Origin: Utricularia gibba
Taxonomy: Eukaryota; Plantae; Magnoliophyta
NCBI GenBank assembly: GCA_002189035.1
Contig: NEEC01000008.1
Location: 1,488,001-1,552,000, forward strand
DNA: 64,000 nucleotides
Direction of reading: 5' to 3'
Shown: in pieces, positions 52,633-64,000 of the stretch
How positions within the stretch are numbered: the first letter of the stretch is position 1
Layout: each line of letters opens with the position of its first letter
Translations under genes and position numbers: made by a program
The notes under the pieces: generated by a model
Database searches by the model: none
What the model saw: the letters and a program-made list of their open reading frames with translations, nothing else
Told to the model about the DNA's origin: nothing

Positions 52633-54016
52633 TCAAACATCTGTGTATATGAAATGGCAACCATCATAACCTGAAGGCAGACAAACACATAATTAAATAA
52701 TTAAAATAGTGATTTTATTCATAATATAATATAATATGTTTAATAATTTGGAGGAGGAGAAGAAGATAGAAGTGTAAGATACTTGGATCCACCGTGACGA
52801 GCAAAGCGGTGCCTCCAAAGTCACAGGTGCCGCCGGCGACCTTGGTGCGTTGCCAGTAGCTATTGAAAGCAAAGGATGCATGAGCGAATAGTGTGTCCGG
52901 CTGAAAGCAGGGCCGTCCCGGTTGGATCTGCTCGCAGTCGGCGCCGGAGCCACATGCATAGTTCATCGCCTCTTGGATGATGGGATCGGGGACCGCGGCC
53001 TTAGCCACACACCACGTTGCTGTGAATGGTTCCCGGTACGGGGGCGGCGGTACTGACGGCGGAGGATAGACGATCGGCGGTAGGAACCTGGGGCCCGGAC
53101 TTAGAGGGGATGGCACACTGGACGGGGGGCTTGGCTCGTAGTCATAAGGAGGCGGGCTGATGAACGGGAGAGACGGCGGCGTGGTTGTGATTCCCGGTGG
53201 GAATGGAGATATTTCCGGAGTCGGCTCATAACTGTAAGGGGGCGGACTCAAGGATGGGAGAGACGGAGGCAGGGTGCTGATTCCCGGTGGCGATGGAGAT
53301 GCTTCCGGAGTCGGCTCATAGCTATAAGGGGGCGGACTCAAGGATGGAGGAGACGGCGGCAGGGTGCTGATTCCGGGTGGGGACGGAGATGCTTCCGGAG
53401 TCGGCTCATAACTATACGGGGGCGGACTCAAGGATGGGAGTGACGGCGACACAGGAAGTGTCGCCGGCGGATTCGGAATGACAGAAGGTGGGGTTTCCCC
53501 GATCGAGGGGGGAGTGTAAGAGGAAGAAGACGGCGGCGGTGAGGGGTTGTAATCCGCCACCGGAGAAGGAGGTTGGGGGGTGAAAATGCAAAAAGGTGGC
53601 GAATTTTCCGGCGCAATATATGGCGGAAGGGAGTCGTAGGGCGGTAGGTTAGGGGAACTGACGTACGGTTCAGAGATGGAAAAATCAGGACCATTTGGTT
53701 CCAAGTATTGCAATAAACTAAAATGTCTGATGCCCTTTGCCCCCTCTGATCACACACAATCAAACAGAACAATCATACGTAAAATTCCAAATATTTATTA
53801 TCCTGAATAAAAAAATAAATAAACATAATAAAAACTACCCGTATCATGCATTTATTATATTATTATTATTTAAAACATCTACTACAAAAAATATCAATAT
53901 TTGTTGTAAGAAATAAAACGAGTTTCGGAAATCTCACCGGATGCCGGGAGAAGGCGGCAAGCCGTAGCCAAGGCCAGAAAGCCCAGTAGGCGAAAGACGA
54001 CGCCGTTTCGCTCCAT
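52633..54016 (-). CDS. Secreted proline-rich (extensin-like) protein with C-terminal X8/CBM43 callose-binding domain, 3 exons
   Basis: Exon 1 signal peptide MERNGVVFRLLGFLALATACRLLPAS (54016-53938); Pro-rich exon 2; WCVAKAAVPDPIIQEAMNYACGSGADC..IQPGRPCFQPDTLFAHASFAFNSYWQ...CDFGGTALLVTVDP|SYDGCHF. Confidence 0.9.
53131..53450 (-). repeat. Coding 90-bp tandem repeat (about 3.5 copies)
   Basis: TCGGCTCATA at 53221, 53311, 53401 (variant at 53131); unit SLSPPPYSYEPTPEASPSPPGISTLPPSPP. Confidence 0.9.
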
Positions 54017-55439
54017 GATCCAAAACTGAAGAAGAACGAAGGCGGTGGCGGAAGCAACAGGGAGCAGGGGAGGCGGCGCGTGAAGGGCAATCGAAACGCG
54101 GCGGCGCGTGAGGAGGAAAGGGGATTAAGGAGTGAGCATGGTAGTGAGGGGGTAGTGAGGATTATGTAGGAAGAGGAAGCGTGATTTGAGCGAACAGGGA
54201 ATAGGCTTTTTTTGTTAATTGGGATCGGAAGCGGCCGGGGGAATATGTACTTGCCGTGGCGCCGGCGAAGTTTGGGGGTTACGCTCCTCCTTTTCGCTGG
54301 CTTTCTTCCTTCTTACTCAAAGACTGCCATCGCCGTCGCCCCCATCTCCAGCTTCCTTCACACCGCCATCGCTGCATCATTTTCATTCTTTCTTTCCTTC
54401 CCTTTTATAATACGTGAAACACGTAAAACTTATTTTTAATAACATGTCAATTTTTATTCAATATAAATATAATTATTTTTTCTCTAATATAAAATATCTG
54501 GACACCATTTATCATACCATTAATATATAATATCACTTTTTTTGTATGGGTACCAATTTGATTAATCTTTTTACATGATAAATAAATTAATAATTTCTAA
54601 TTATTATACATGCATCATTAAATATACTTTGAGAATGAAATGAAAATACATAGATAATTTAGATACATCAAGGTTATGGGATTATTCTTATTATCATAAT
54701 AATAATAAAACTCTTGTGATGCCAACCAACACAGGGATGCGCTGGAGAAGGTGATGTCTAGTTGGGCGCATTTGAACAAAGACGATCGGAAAAAAAGTCG
54801 CTTTGGAAAAAAGCTGAAGTGGAGCAATTCTGAGACACAAAAGCCCGTAGACACGGAGCATGTTGAGCAGATAATGCTCGAGAGAGGAGGACTTGTATAG
54901 TGAAGATCCAGATATGAAATTTAAGAGAAGGTCCAACTTCATGATTCATTTAGAAAATTAGTCAATTTGGTCGTTTTCTTTTATATACTATGATAAAAAA
55001 TTTATATATATGATAATCATTTTTATCATACATTCAAAATACATTAATCAATTATATAATACATATATCTCAAGTGAGAAATGCTGATGATTGTTTTCAT
55101 AGTGATAACCTGAGATGGAGTTGATCTAGATGAGGAATGATTGAGTAGGAAGATGTAAGCTAACCTAAGTATTGAAACTCAAAATCTAATGGATAAAATG
55201 AGTACATATCAAGTTCAAGTATATAAAAAATGTAAATCATATTAAAAAATATTAAATTCAATCGATTATTAATGATTCATAATTATTTATTATATATTTG
55301 ATTATTATATTTTCATTTTTCGATATGAAATTATATATTTTAACACTAATGAGTGGAGCAAGGTACCTCATGATCAAGAAAACCTCAAAAGCCATGTCAA
55401 CTAGGAAACCCCTCCATATAATGGCGTTCCATGATGAAG

Positions 55440-55660
55440 GATGAAGTGTGTGAAAAGTGTTGCACATGTGTGGATATCAATCAAGTGTATTTTTAATACA
55501 TTCAAGAGTTCTAATACATTCATACAAAAATTTTTAATTGAAATTGTATTTTTTTCACATATTTCATCAATAATGTCGTATTTGTAATACACCCTAATGC
55601 ATCTTGAGTATCTCGATAACAACCAAGAGTGCTCCGAACAATACCCAAGATTGAGTATGT
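55440..55660 (-). mobile_element. Possible highly decayed PIF/Harbinger transposase fragment
   Basis: ILNLGYCSEHSWLLSRYSRCIRVYY...NVLELLNVLK...TCATLFTHFI loosely parallels the recalled YLVDAGY..GFLAPYRG.RYH...NVIER.FGVLK...ACC.LHNFI; eyeball match only. Confidence 0.3.
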
Positions 55661-56128
55661 TGATCATATATCATGGAAAATTTGCTTGCCTTTCACAATG
55701 TTTAAATAAAAAAGATTATATTATATTTTAAATGGGCCCAGTCATGGTCATCAGAAATTACTAACTAAAGGTCAAATTTTTAATATATTAATTATTATTT
55801 TTTTGGCTGGAGTGAAGCATGACGTCCGAAAGGAAAAATTTACGGGCCGAAAACGGGGTTCCCCGGGCCCAAGCAGAATTCGGCGCATGCGGATCACTGT
55901 AGCATAGTAACGGCAGCCTTCACTAAAATACGCCTCTTCTTCTTTAAAGAACCTCGACTCTCTATAAGACAATCCGACATCCTTCTAGAATCCTCGCGAG
56001 CATATTCACTTCGAATCGACGTCTCCCGAGGTTTGCATTTGAACAGCGCAGGTATGGTTCTCGACTTTTGCCGATATTGATTGGGATTTGGGTGGTGGGT
56101 TTAGGATCCTGTGGTGTGAATTCTGCAA

Positions 56129-57938
56129 ATGGCGACGAAGAAGAGCGTGGGTTCGTTGAAGGAGGCGGAGCTGAAGGGGAAGAGGGTTTTTGTGAGGGTG
56201 GATCTGAACGTTCCCTTGGATGATAACCTTAATATCACTGACGATACGAGAATTAGAGCCGCGGTTCCGACGATCAAGTACCTACTCTCAAATGGAGCGA
56301 AAGTCATCCTCACTACTCACCTGGTATTCATCCCAATTATTTTTTTATAACATTTTGATGGGTCTATTCCCTTATTCGTGTCGTGCATGTTGGATCTTTG
56401 TTGACATGTTTCTAGAATGCTGTTGTCCTTTAGTCTATTAATGGATTCTATGGTTGCCGGTGAATCTCAATTGAGCAGCTTTGCTAATTCATATTTAGTT
56501 GGTAGTGGGTTGCAAGATTGGATATTTCAGTTATTGCTCTTGCTAGATAGTGGAAGTTTATTGTTTTTTGCAATTCCGTGGGAAATATTCAGGGACGACC
56601 AAAGGGTGTGACCCCAAAATACAGCTTGAAGCCCCTCGTTCCCAGACTGTCCGAACTTCTGGAAGTCGAGGTCCACGTCCTCTTCGCTCTCCATCCTCCT
56701 TTGGTGCTATTTTGAAAACCCCTGATTTATTTTCTGAGGGGAAAAAAAACCGACCTTGGTTCTTTTCAGGTCAAGATAACTGGCGATTGCATAGGCGAAG
56801 AAGTCAAGAGTGTCGTGGCAGGGCTGCCAGATGGCGGCGTCGTTCTCCTTGAGAATGTGAGATTCCACAAAGAAGAGGAGAAAAACGATCCTGAGTTCGC
56901 AAAACAGCTTGCTTCCATTGCAGATTTGTATGTTAATGATGCATTCGGAACAGCCCATAGAGCACATGCCTCAACTGAGGGGGTGGCCAAGTACTTGAAG
57001 CCTGCTGTTGCAGGATTTCTTATGCAAAAGGTTTTTTACGAACTCATTTCGGTTTTAATCCATCTCCAATGTCATTCGCTTGTCATCTAATCAAATTTAG
57101 CATATCTTTTCAGGAACTTGATTATCTAGTTGGCGCTGTAGCAAATCCACAGAAGCCATTTGCTGCGATTGTTGGCGGTTCCAAGGTTTCAACTAAGATT
57201 GGGGTCATTGAATCCCTCCTTGCCAAGGTTGATGTCCTGTTGCTAGGTGGTGGAATGATCTTCACATTCTACAAGGCTCAAGGATATCCCGTCGGATCCT
57301 CTCTCGTAGAAGAGGACAAACTTGAACTTGCTACATCACTTCTTGAGAAGGCTAAGGCTAAGGGTGTCTCCCTTTTGCTTCCTTCTGATGTGGTCATTGC
57401 TGACAAGTTTAATGCCAATGCCAATAGCAAGGTTACCATTTTCTCTCCATGCTGATATAAACGCTTTTGCATTTAAATTTGCTTCATTCTCCAACTTGCT
57501 TCAGGTTGTTCCAGCGTCTCAAATTCCTGACGGATGGATGGGACTGGATATTGGACCCGACAGTATCCACTCCTTCAGTGAAGCATTGGAATCAACAAAG
57601 ACCATCATCTGGAATGGACCTATGGGTGTCTTCGAATTCGAAAAATTTGCTGCAGGAACAGAGGTAGCCGGCTGGCTGGCTCCTCCGTGAATTCCTCCTA
57701 CCTCAAGAGCACATCTCACCCGGTTTTCCTTTTCCCTTTTCAGGCGATCGCCAAGAAACTCGCCGAACTGAGCGGCAAGGGAGTGACCACGATCATCGGA
57801 GGTGGGGACTCGGTTGCCGCCGTCGAGAAGGCTGGACTAGCAGACAAAATGAGCCACATTTCCACCGGAGGCGGAGCAAGCCTGGAGCTCCTCGAGGGCA
57901 AACAGCTCCCCGGTGTGCTTGCCCTTGATGATGCCTGA
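56129..57938 (+). CDS. PGK: Cytosolic phosphoglycerate kinase, 6 coding exons
   Basis: [98 protein letters not shown]; no transit peptide. Confidence 0.97.
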
Positions 57939-58588
57939 AAACTGAAGAGTCTCCATGTTGGAAGTGAATGCTTTTTGCCTACGCAATAAGGAAAACCCCA
58001 TCTGCTCAGACAGATGTCGAAAACTCAATGCTACACCCCACTTTTCGAGTTTTTTTTATATAATTAATGAAATAATACACATTATTATATTAATATAGTT
58101 TTTTGACAGTTTCTAAATTTAGAATCCGGTTTCCGGACCATAAAAGGCCCATATCTAGGCCCAAGGACACGCGCATTTTGTATATAATTATTTCAACAAA
58201 TAAACGAATATTTATCGAAATTACGAATATTGGGCTCATATTTTTTTTAAAAAATAAAATATACATTTAGATTTTGTTTGTTTCGAAAATTGTGACAAGA
58301 TAAGCAGCAGCATTGATTAGTAGTTGCCAATCCATGTTCATAAATGCAATGACAAGAATGAACACCTAATGAAAATAATGAATTGAAAATGCATAAATAA
58401 GAAATTCCATTTTTTTTTCAAGAAAAAAAAAAAAAGGAAGATGAGATTTTACTCATTAAATGCGGCAGTAATTGGATTTAGTTATTTATTTCAAAGCGAA
58501 ATCTGGTTCGGTGCTGGGCTCCTATAAATGGATGTTCCATGACGGGCGACGCCGATGTGAGGGGTTGGTTACTCAGTCCCTGGTTTCC

Positions 58589-59427
58589 ATGCCCGCCGAT
58601 GCCAATGTGACTTCTTCGACGATGAACGGCGCCGCCGCAGCCGCCAGGGAGCCTGGTAAATCAACGATTGCGATGAATCGCGATTTTCTAGGCGGTGGTT
58701 GTTGTACGCGTGAATCGGAGGTTGTAGACCTTGATCTTCGAGTTCCTTATGGCTGGGAGAAGCGCCTGGATATGAAGGTTAGTTCATTTGATTATCGCTC
58801 TTTTCTTCATCGTCGAAAACTGGGAAGCAGCAGTTGGGGGGAATTGAGTTTGATTACTGTTTTCTGGATTTAGGGCTTAATTGATTTTGTTACAGTTGGG
58901 GTGGTTATATTCAATGCGGCTGTTTTTTTTGGATTTATTTATTAATGCAGTCAGGAAAAGTTTATCTCCAGAGATCGCGTAACACAACAAATTTCTGTTA
59001 CTCGACGGCGGGGGACCCGCCGGGAACGCCGTCCGGGAAACTCCAGGACCTCAACTTTCCCCCGAAACCGTCGCGTACGCATCAAACACTGAACCTCTTC
59101 GACGACGGTAGCCTTGATTTAACTCTCATCACATCGTCGTCCTGGAATTACCAGAGCGTTTGCACTCTGGACAAGGTGAAATCCGCTCTTGAGCGGGAGG
59201 AGAAAGAGGCGGCGCGAAAGCGGTCAGAATCAAAGTCATCCTCGTCGTCAGCCAGAGACGCCTACGGCGTGGAGGACGGGAAATATACGACGGCCGCCGC
59301 CGCGTGCCCCGGCTGCTTCCTCTACGTGCTGATTTCTAAAAGCAACCCCAGGTGCCCAAGGTGTGATTGCCAAGTGCCCTTCCCGGTGCCCCTTAAGCGA
59401 CCTCGTGTGGACCTCAATTCCCTTTGA
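58589..59427 (+). CDS. Uncharacterised WW-like / EAR-motif / Zn-ribbon protein (CFL1/GIR-related), 2 exons
   Basis: LDLRVPYGWEKRLDMK|SGKVYLQ, LQDLNFPP, LDLTL, YQSVCTLDKVKSALER, ACPGCFLYVLISKSNPRCPRC, KRPRVDLN; exons 58589-58777 and 58951-59427. Confidence 0.85.
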
Positions 59428-59821
59428 AACCTGCAACCTCGATGACCTACCTACTACCTATGCCTCATACTACACACAATATGCTCTTTTATTTCGTATT
59501 TTAAATAAAATTAGTATATATCAAATTACATAAAATTCATTTTTTAAATAATGGAAACTAGTTTTACAATTATTTTGAAATATTGAAAATTAATTATATC
59601 TAATTTTCAAATAATATGGATAACTCTAAAAAAATTTCAAGAGGTTTGCCCATTTACCCAAATGGAGTAGTGAATTCATTTCAATTTTCTAGAATAATAT
59701 TAATTTAACGCTAAGGAACCCTAATTAATGATCAAATCTCCATCCCTTGATTCGCTTTGGGAAACCATGGTGCAGTAACTCCCATTGATTGCAATAATTG
59801 TCTTGTTTTTAACCCAAGAGA

Positions 59822-60046
59822 CATGGGACACGGCACACTTCCCGAGTCGGACACCACGATGCGTTGCAAATCGCTAGAAAGAACAAAGTGGTAATTGAAG
59901 TCTAGAAAAGGGCTGCCGGAATGTGACGCACCCAACTCATAAATGATGCCTTTATTATTCTTCCACCCTCCACGCTGTTCGTTTTTAATTGCCGTACAAT
60001 AATACATAAATTCGGACGCGCATCGTGTCCGCGTCCGTGTCCCATG
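59822..60046. mobile_element. Possible MITE (225 bp) with perfect 12-bp TIR
   Basis: CATGGGACACGG ... CCGTGTCCCATG; subterminal CGGACAC..CGATGCG on both arms; no TSD found. Confidence 0.45.
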
Positions 60047-61843
60047 GAACTCCCCCCCCTAATTACATACATCACATATGCCCGGTTCGAATTATTATTA
60101 TTATGAGACATGGAATAAAAAAATATATTCAACTTGGAACCATGGTAAACCGTACAGCGTACAACTCTAATGCACGCTCGTATTTTACGAGTATCGAATA
60201 CATAATCATTAAATGCACATTTACTCAGATTGTACCAAGTCGACAGACAGAAGCGGATTTATCCTCGCCACCTACTCAAATTTTATATTTATTATTCGGG
60301 TGGTTTCTCGATACTCGAAACAAAATTGATTATTTAGCTTAAATAATATCAAATAATTATTGAAGCAAGTATTTTACTCAGTTAATAATATATGCTTATC
60401 GTTTCTCCGGAGACAAATTTGGTTGGGCTTCGTGGTGGGTCTCTATTGGGCCCAATTCAAGTCCACGAACAAAGATCAATTTCCCTGAGAAAAATTCAAT
60501 ACCTTCATTACCATAGAAATAAAAGTGTATGTTTTGTGGAGCTCAAGAACTTTCATTTGGGATACTTGGTAATTAGCCATCTCTCGTCAAAAAATCAACG
60601 AAAACAATCGAAAAATCAGCCCTCAGATCGACTAGTGCTTGACATATTGAAACAATTGTATACAAACCAACTACCTTGCAACATGGATTATGCAATTGGT
60701 TTTTTTAGTGAAATATATCAAATTACATTATACGATATTATTCGTTTTAAATATTTAATAGGCGTTTGTTCGTGATTATAGGCCTTTGATTTCGGGCCTT
60801 CTAATCCAATCTGAGCCTTCATAATGATTTAATGAGCCCCATTCGGTCCAATAGGCCCCTTTTGTTTTTTCACAGTGATGGACGGACGGTGTGGGATTTT
60901 TATTTGTATATATTTGTTGGGTAATTGCAACACGAATTTACAGCGGTAAGTAGAAAAACGACGTCACGGGGGTGAGCAGCGTTATTTATTACGCACGCTG
61001 CCAGCGAGGATTTCCACGCCCTTCTGAAATTTGTTCTTTTCCGATGTGAACTGTCCAAGAATCGCATTTATTACAACACAAACGTCTCTGTCCCCATCTT
61101 AAAAATTCAAATCCCAATCCATTATTCAACATATTTATTTCCCCCAAAATCCTTATCATTATTATTATTCTCCCCTTCTTATCCTTATTTTTACATAAAA
61201 CAAAATATCTCATAATTTTCTAATTAAAATAGAAACGCTTTCTTATTTTTAACTAATTTTTACTTCCTATTTTATTTCAATTAAATATAAGAAAAAAGGC
61301 TGCAGAATCCCCACGATTGGTCTCGGTGTTCTTTTTTATTATTACATTATAATAGCCCAAAAATAATTATTTAGTATTTATTGTTGTTTACTGTTAGTTA
61401 CCGTAGATAGACAGCGGTAAGTTTGTGGCATTTTTGGGCAGTTACTTTTTAGGGTTGGGGGGAATGCGCCCATTTAAGGAATGGGGTGCGACACACGTGA
61501 GTTATGATGATGGTTAAATGCGAATCTGTTGTAATAGCAGGTTAAGCCGAGGATTAGGACAGTACGGAGGGATTAACCGGAGGAGTGCAATGCAAAATGA
61601 CCGGCTAGCGACATGGAAAGACAGTGAAGTCACCGGCTTTTCTGGTAACCGCCAAAATATATTTATATCCTTCGTCTTTATCTTCCATCGCCCCGCTTCA
61701 AAACAAGCGACTTTGCCCATCTCCAGTCCTGCTTTCTCTCCATATTCCAGCGACAGGGTGGAAACCTACTTTCCTTCTCTCTCTCTCTCTCTACACAATT
61801 TTCATACACAGAAACAGGGACATAGATATATATTTGGGTGTGG

Positions 61844-62865
61844 ATGGCGGTTGAGGGTAATTTGCTTCTTCCTCTGAGGTTTGCTGGGAACAGGTAGATT
61901 TTGAGTTCTTTCATTGTTTTTTTTTTTAAGAGTGTTGAGCTTTTGGAGTGGTGTTGATCTTCGTTTTGTTTTTGGGAGTAGAGAGGTGGTCGGGATGAAT
62001 TGTGTTGACGGAATCGTAGGCGGATGCGGGATGCCGTTATCGCGGCCGTCGATAGCGACGGATGGTATGCTGCCGGTATACGGCGGCGAGGTGTGTGAGA
62101 CGACTGTGTATCCACTGCCGGCGGTTAATTCAGGGAGTGCTGCGGTAGCGCTCCCATCGAGGAAGAGGTGTCGAGAAAGTGCGATTCCGGGGAACTTGTC
62201 GTTTCTGGGCGATGATCGTGATCTCTCGCTTCTTCTTCAACTGCAGCAGATGGAGATGAATCGGCTAATTGCTCATCATGTGAGTTTTTCTTGCTATTTT
62301 TCGTAGAATTTATCTCGGTACGTTCCAACCAAAATTCGAGTTGAGAATCATATTGAACGCAGACGGAGAAATTGAGGGGGAAATTGACATGCGGCGGAGG
62401 GATTGCTCACGGCGGATCGCCGATGCGGTGGAAGAAAGTCTAATGAAGAAACTGAGAGTCAGAGATGCAGAAATTGAGAAAATGGGGAAATTGAACTGGG
62501 CTTTGGAAGAAAGAGTGAAATCCCTCGCACTCGAGAACCAAATTTGGAAAGAGTTAGCCTCGACGACCGAAGCAACGGCGAACGCCCTCCGCTGTACCCT
62601 CCAGCAGGTTCTCGAACAAGTCCAAGAAGACAAGCCCAGCAATCAAAACAACGACGCAGAGTCGAGTTGCGGCAGCAGCTCCGCCGTGCACCCATCCACG
62701 GATCGACGCCTCTGTACAAGCTGCCGGAACGAAGAACCCTCCGCACTCCTCCTCCCCTGCCGCCACCTCTCACTCTGCACCGTGTGCGCCGCGTCGCGCG
62801 ACACGTGTCCCGTTTGTAACGCCGTTAAAACCGGCAGCATTTGTGTGAATCTCGCCGGCGTCTAG
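61844..62865 (+). CDS. BOI-related (SBP family) RING E3 ubiquitin ligase, 3 exons, apparent -1 frameshift at G5 run 62376-62380
   Basis: MAVEGNLLLPLRFAGNR|EVVGM..., PSRKR, LIAHH|TEKLR(G)EIDMRRR..., EIEKMGKLNWALEERVKSL..ENQIWKELA.TTEATANALR, RING-HC CTSCRNEEPSALLLPCRHLSLCTVC..SRDTCPVC. Confidence 0.9.
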
Positions 62866-64000
62866 TCGCCGGAAGTAAAAACCGCAGCGCTACAATTTCC
62901 ACAGTTGAACAGACACAAATTTTAGATGAATTCCCTCCCAATGGTAGACGTCGTCGATACCTTTTCCCGTTGGAAACGCCCCTGTCTCGGAGGTGGCGCA
63001 CGTTAGCAAGCAGTCGATGTGGGGGTGGGCCCCGGTTGCAGGTAGTCAGCTGAAAGCGAAACATGCGTGCAGCGTGATCTCCGACACGTGGGACTCCCGT
63101 AAAATGTCTGCCCACACTGTACCTCGTGTGAGGCATAATTGTCCAAACGCCACCCACCTACGTAACACACACACAGATTATCTCTACCTCACCTTTATTT
63201 ATTTCATATTCTATTATTATTATTATTATTTTTAAACTAAAAAGAAATTGTAATGTACTCACAAAAATATCTGTCCTTATTTTCCGTGCCCCAACATCCT
63301 CATTTTTGTCATCAAATCAATTCAAAAGGCATCTCACCATAATTCAATTAGGAAAAGAATCATCACGATTCCCTAAAACGGCGTCGTTTTGGGGGAATCA
63401 TATATCCTTGTGTTTTGGCGCTTCTAATTACGCAATTAGGGTTTGTTGACCAAGAAAAAGGGGGAATGTAATCCCTTCCTTTCGAACTGATGCGGAGATG
63501 AGAATCCGGAACCATAATTGCAATGGCAAGTGCTGTCTCGCTTTCGTGTGGCGATGGGATCGAGACCACTCAATTTTTTCTCATTTTCTTACCCAAGATT
63601 CACGTCGATCGATTCCCTCAACCCGATCTCGTGTGCGGGTGAGTAAATATCCATATCCTTCCTTCGTCTCTTACACGCTGAAAAGCAGCAGCGCCGGGTT
63701 GTCGCGACGCGAGCTTGGCCTGGACTGGGGTGGTGTATGAATGAAGGAGGACAGACACGTGTTCCCCCCGGACGGAAGACGAAGTTAATGAGAATCACGA
63801 TACGGAAAGACGGTGGGCCCAGCGGCGACCACAATGGGAAACGAAACGAAAGGGCGTGCTATTGTCCGAACGAAGCTGTGGGTCCCACTAGATGATGACA
63901 TTCTGCCTCTTTTGGAGGGACGGGGAGGGGGCCATTTTCCCATTTCACCCCCCAGGCACGTGACTTGGTAATAAAATTATGCATCATTTACAGCTTCTTA

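Noticed and set aside
521-62380. Programmed ribosomal frameshifting or RNA editing as an explanation for the broken genes
   Set aside because: No slippery heptamers or common stimulatory structure; unrelated genes; all events are one base short in G/C runs, which fits consensus error
1-64000. Conserved miRNA/TAS loci, CRISPR arrays, rRNA, organellar inserts
   Set aside because: Visual scan found no matches; this is not an exhaustive search

Overview
Gene-dense angiosperm (probably eudicot) nuclear DNA with short GT-AG introns; no prokaryotic, CRISPR or organellar features. I can reconstruct 19 protein-coding genes: HEC-type bHLH, group-5 remorin, THOC5, ABF/AREB bZIP, BKI1-like, BEL1-like homeobox, SAP30/AFR, PPPDE/DeSI, IDD zinc finger, RADIALIS-like MYB, proline-rich HIPP, SnRK1 beta, RING-vWA, DUF620, SSADH, Pro-rich X8 protein, cytosolic PGK, a WW/EAR/Zn-ribbon protein and a BOI-type RING ligase. 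There is also one tRNA-Ala(UGC) and several small TIR elements. Two things are invisible in the ORF track. (1) Four decayed gene relics (GT4 glycosyltransferase, TMCO1, NHX5/6, NAC) lie between 31 and 44.3 kb and look eroded mainly by deletion, resembling post-polyploidy fractionation. (2) Seven single-base deletions, all in G/C homopolymers, break five otherwise intact genes, most likely long-read assembly errors. I did not find a convincingly novel biological system; the best uncharacterised candidate is the WW/EAR/Zn-ribbon gene. Homolog motifs and Arabidopsis IDs are recalled from memory and need database confirmation.
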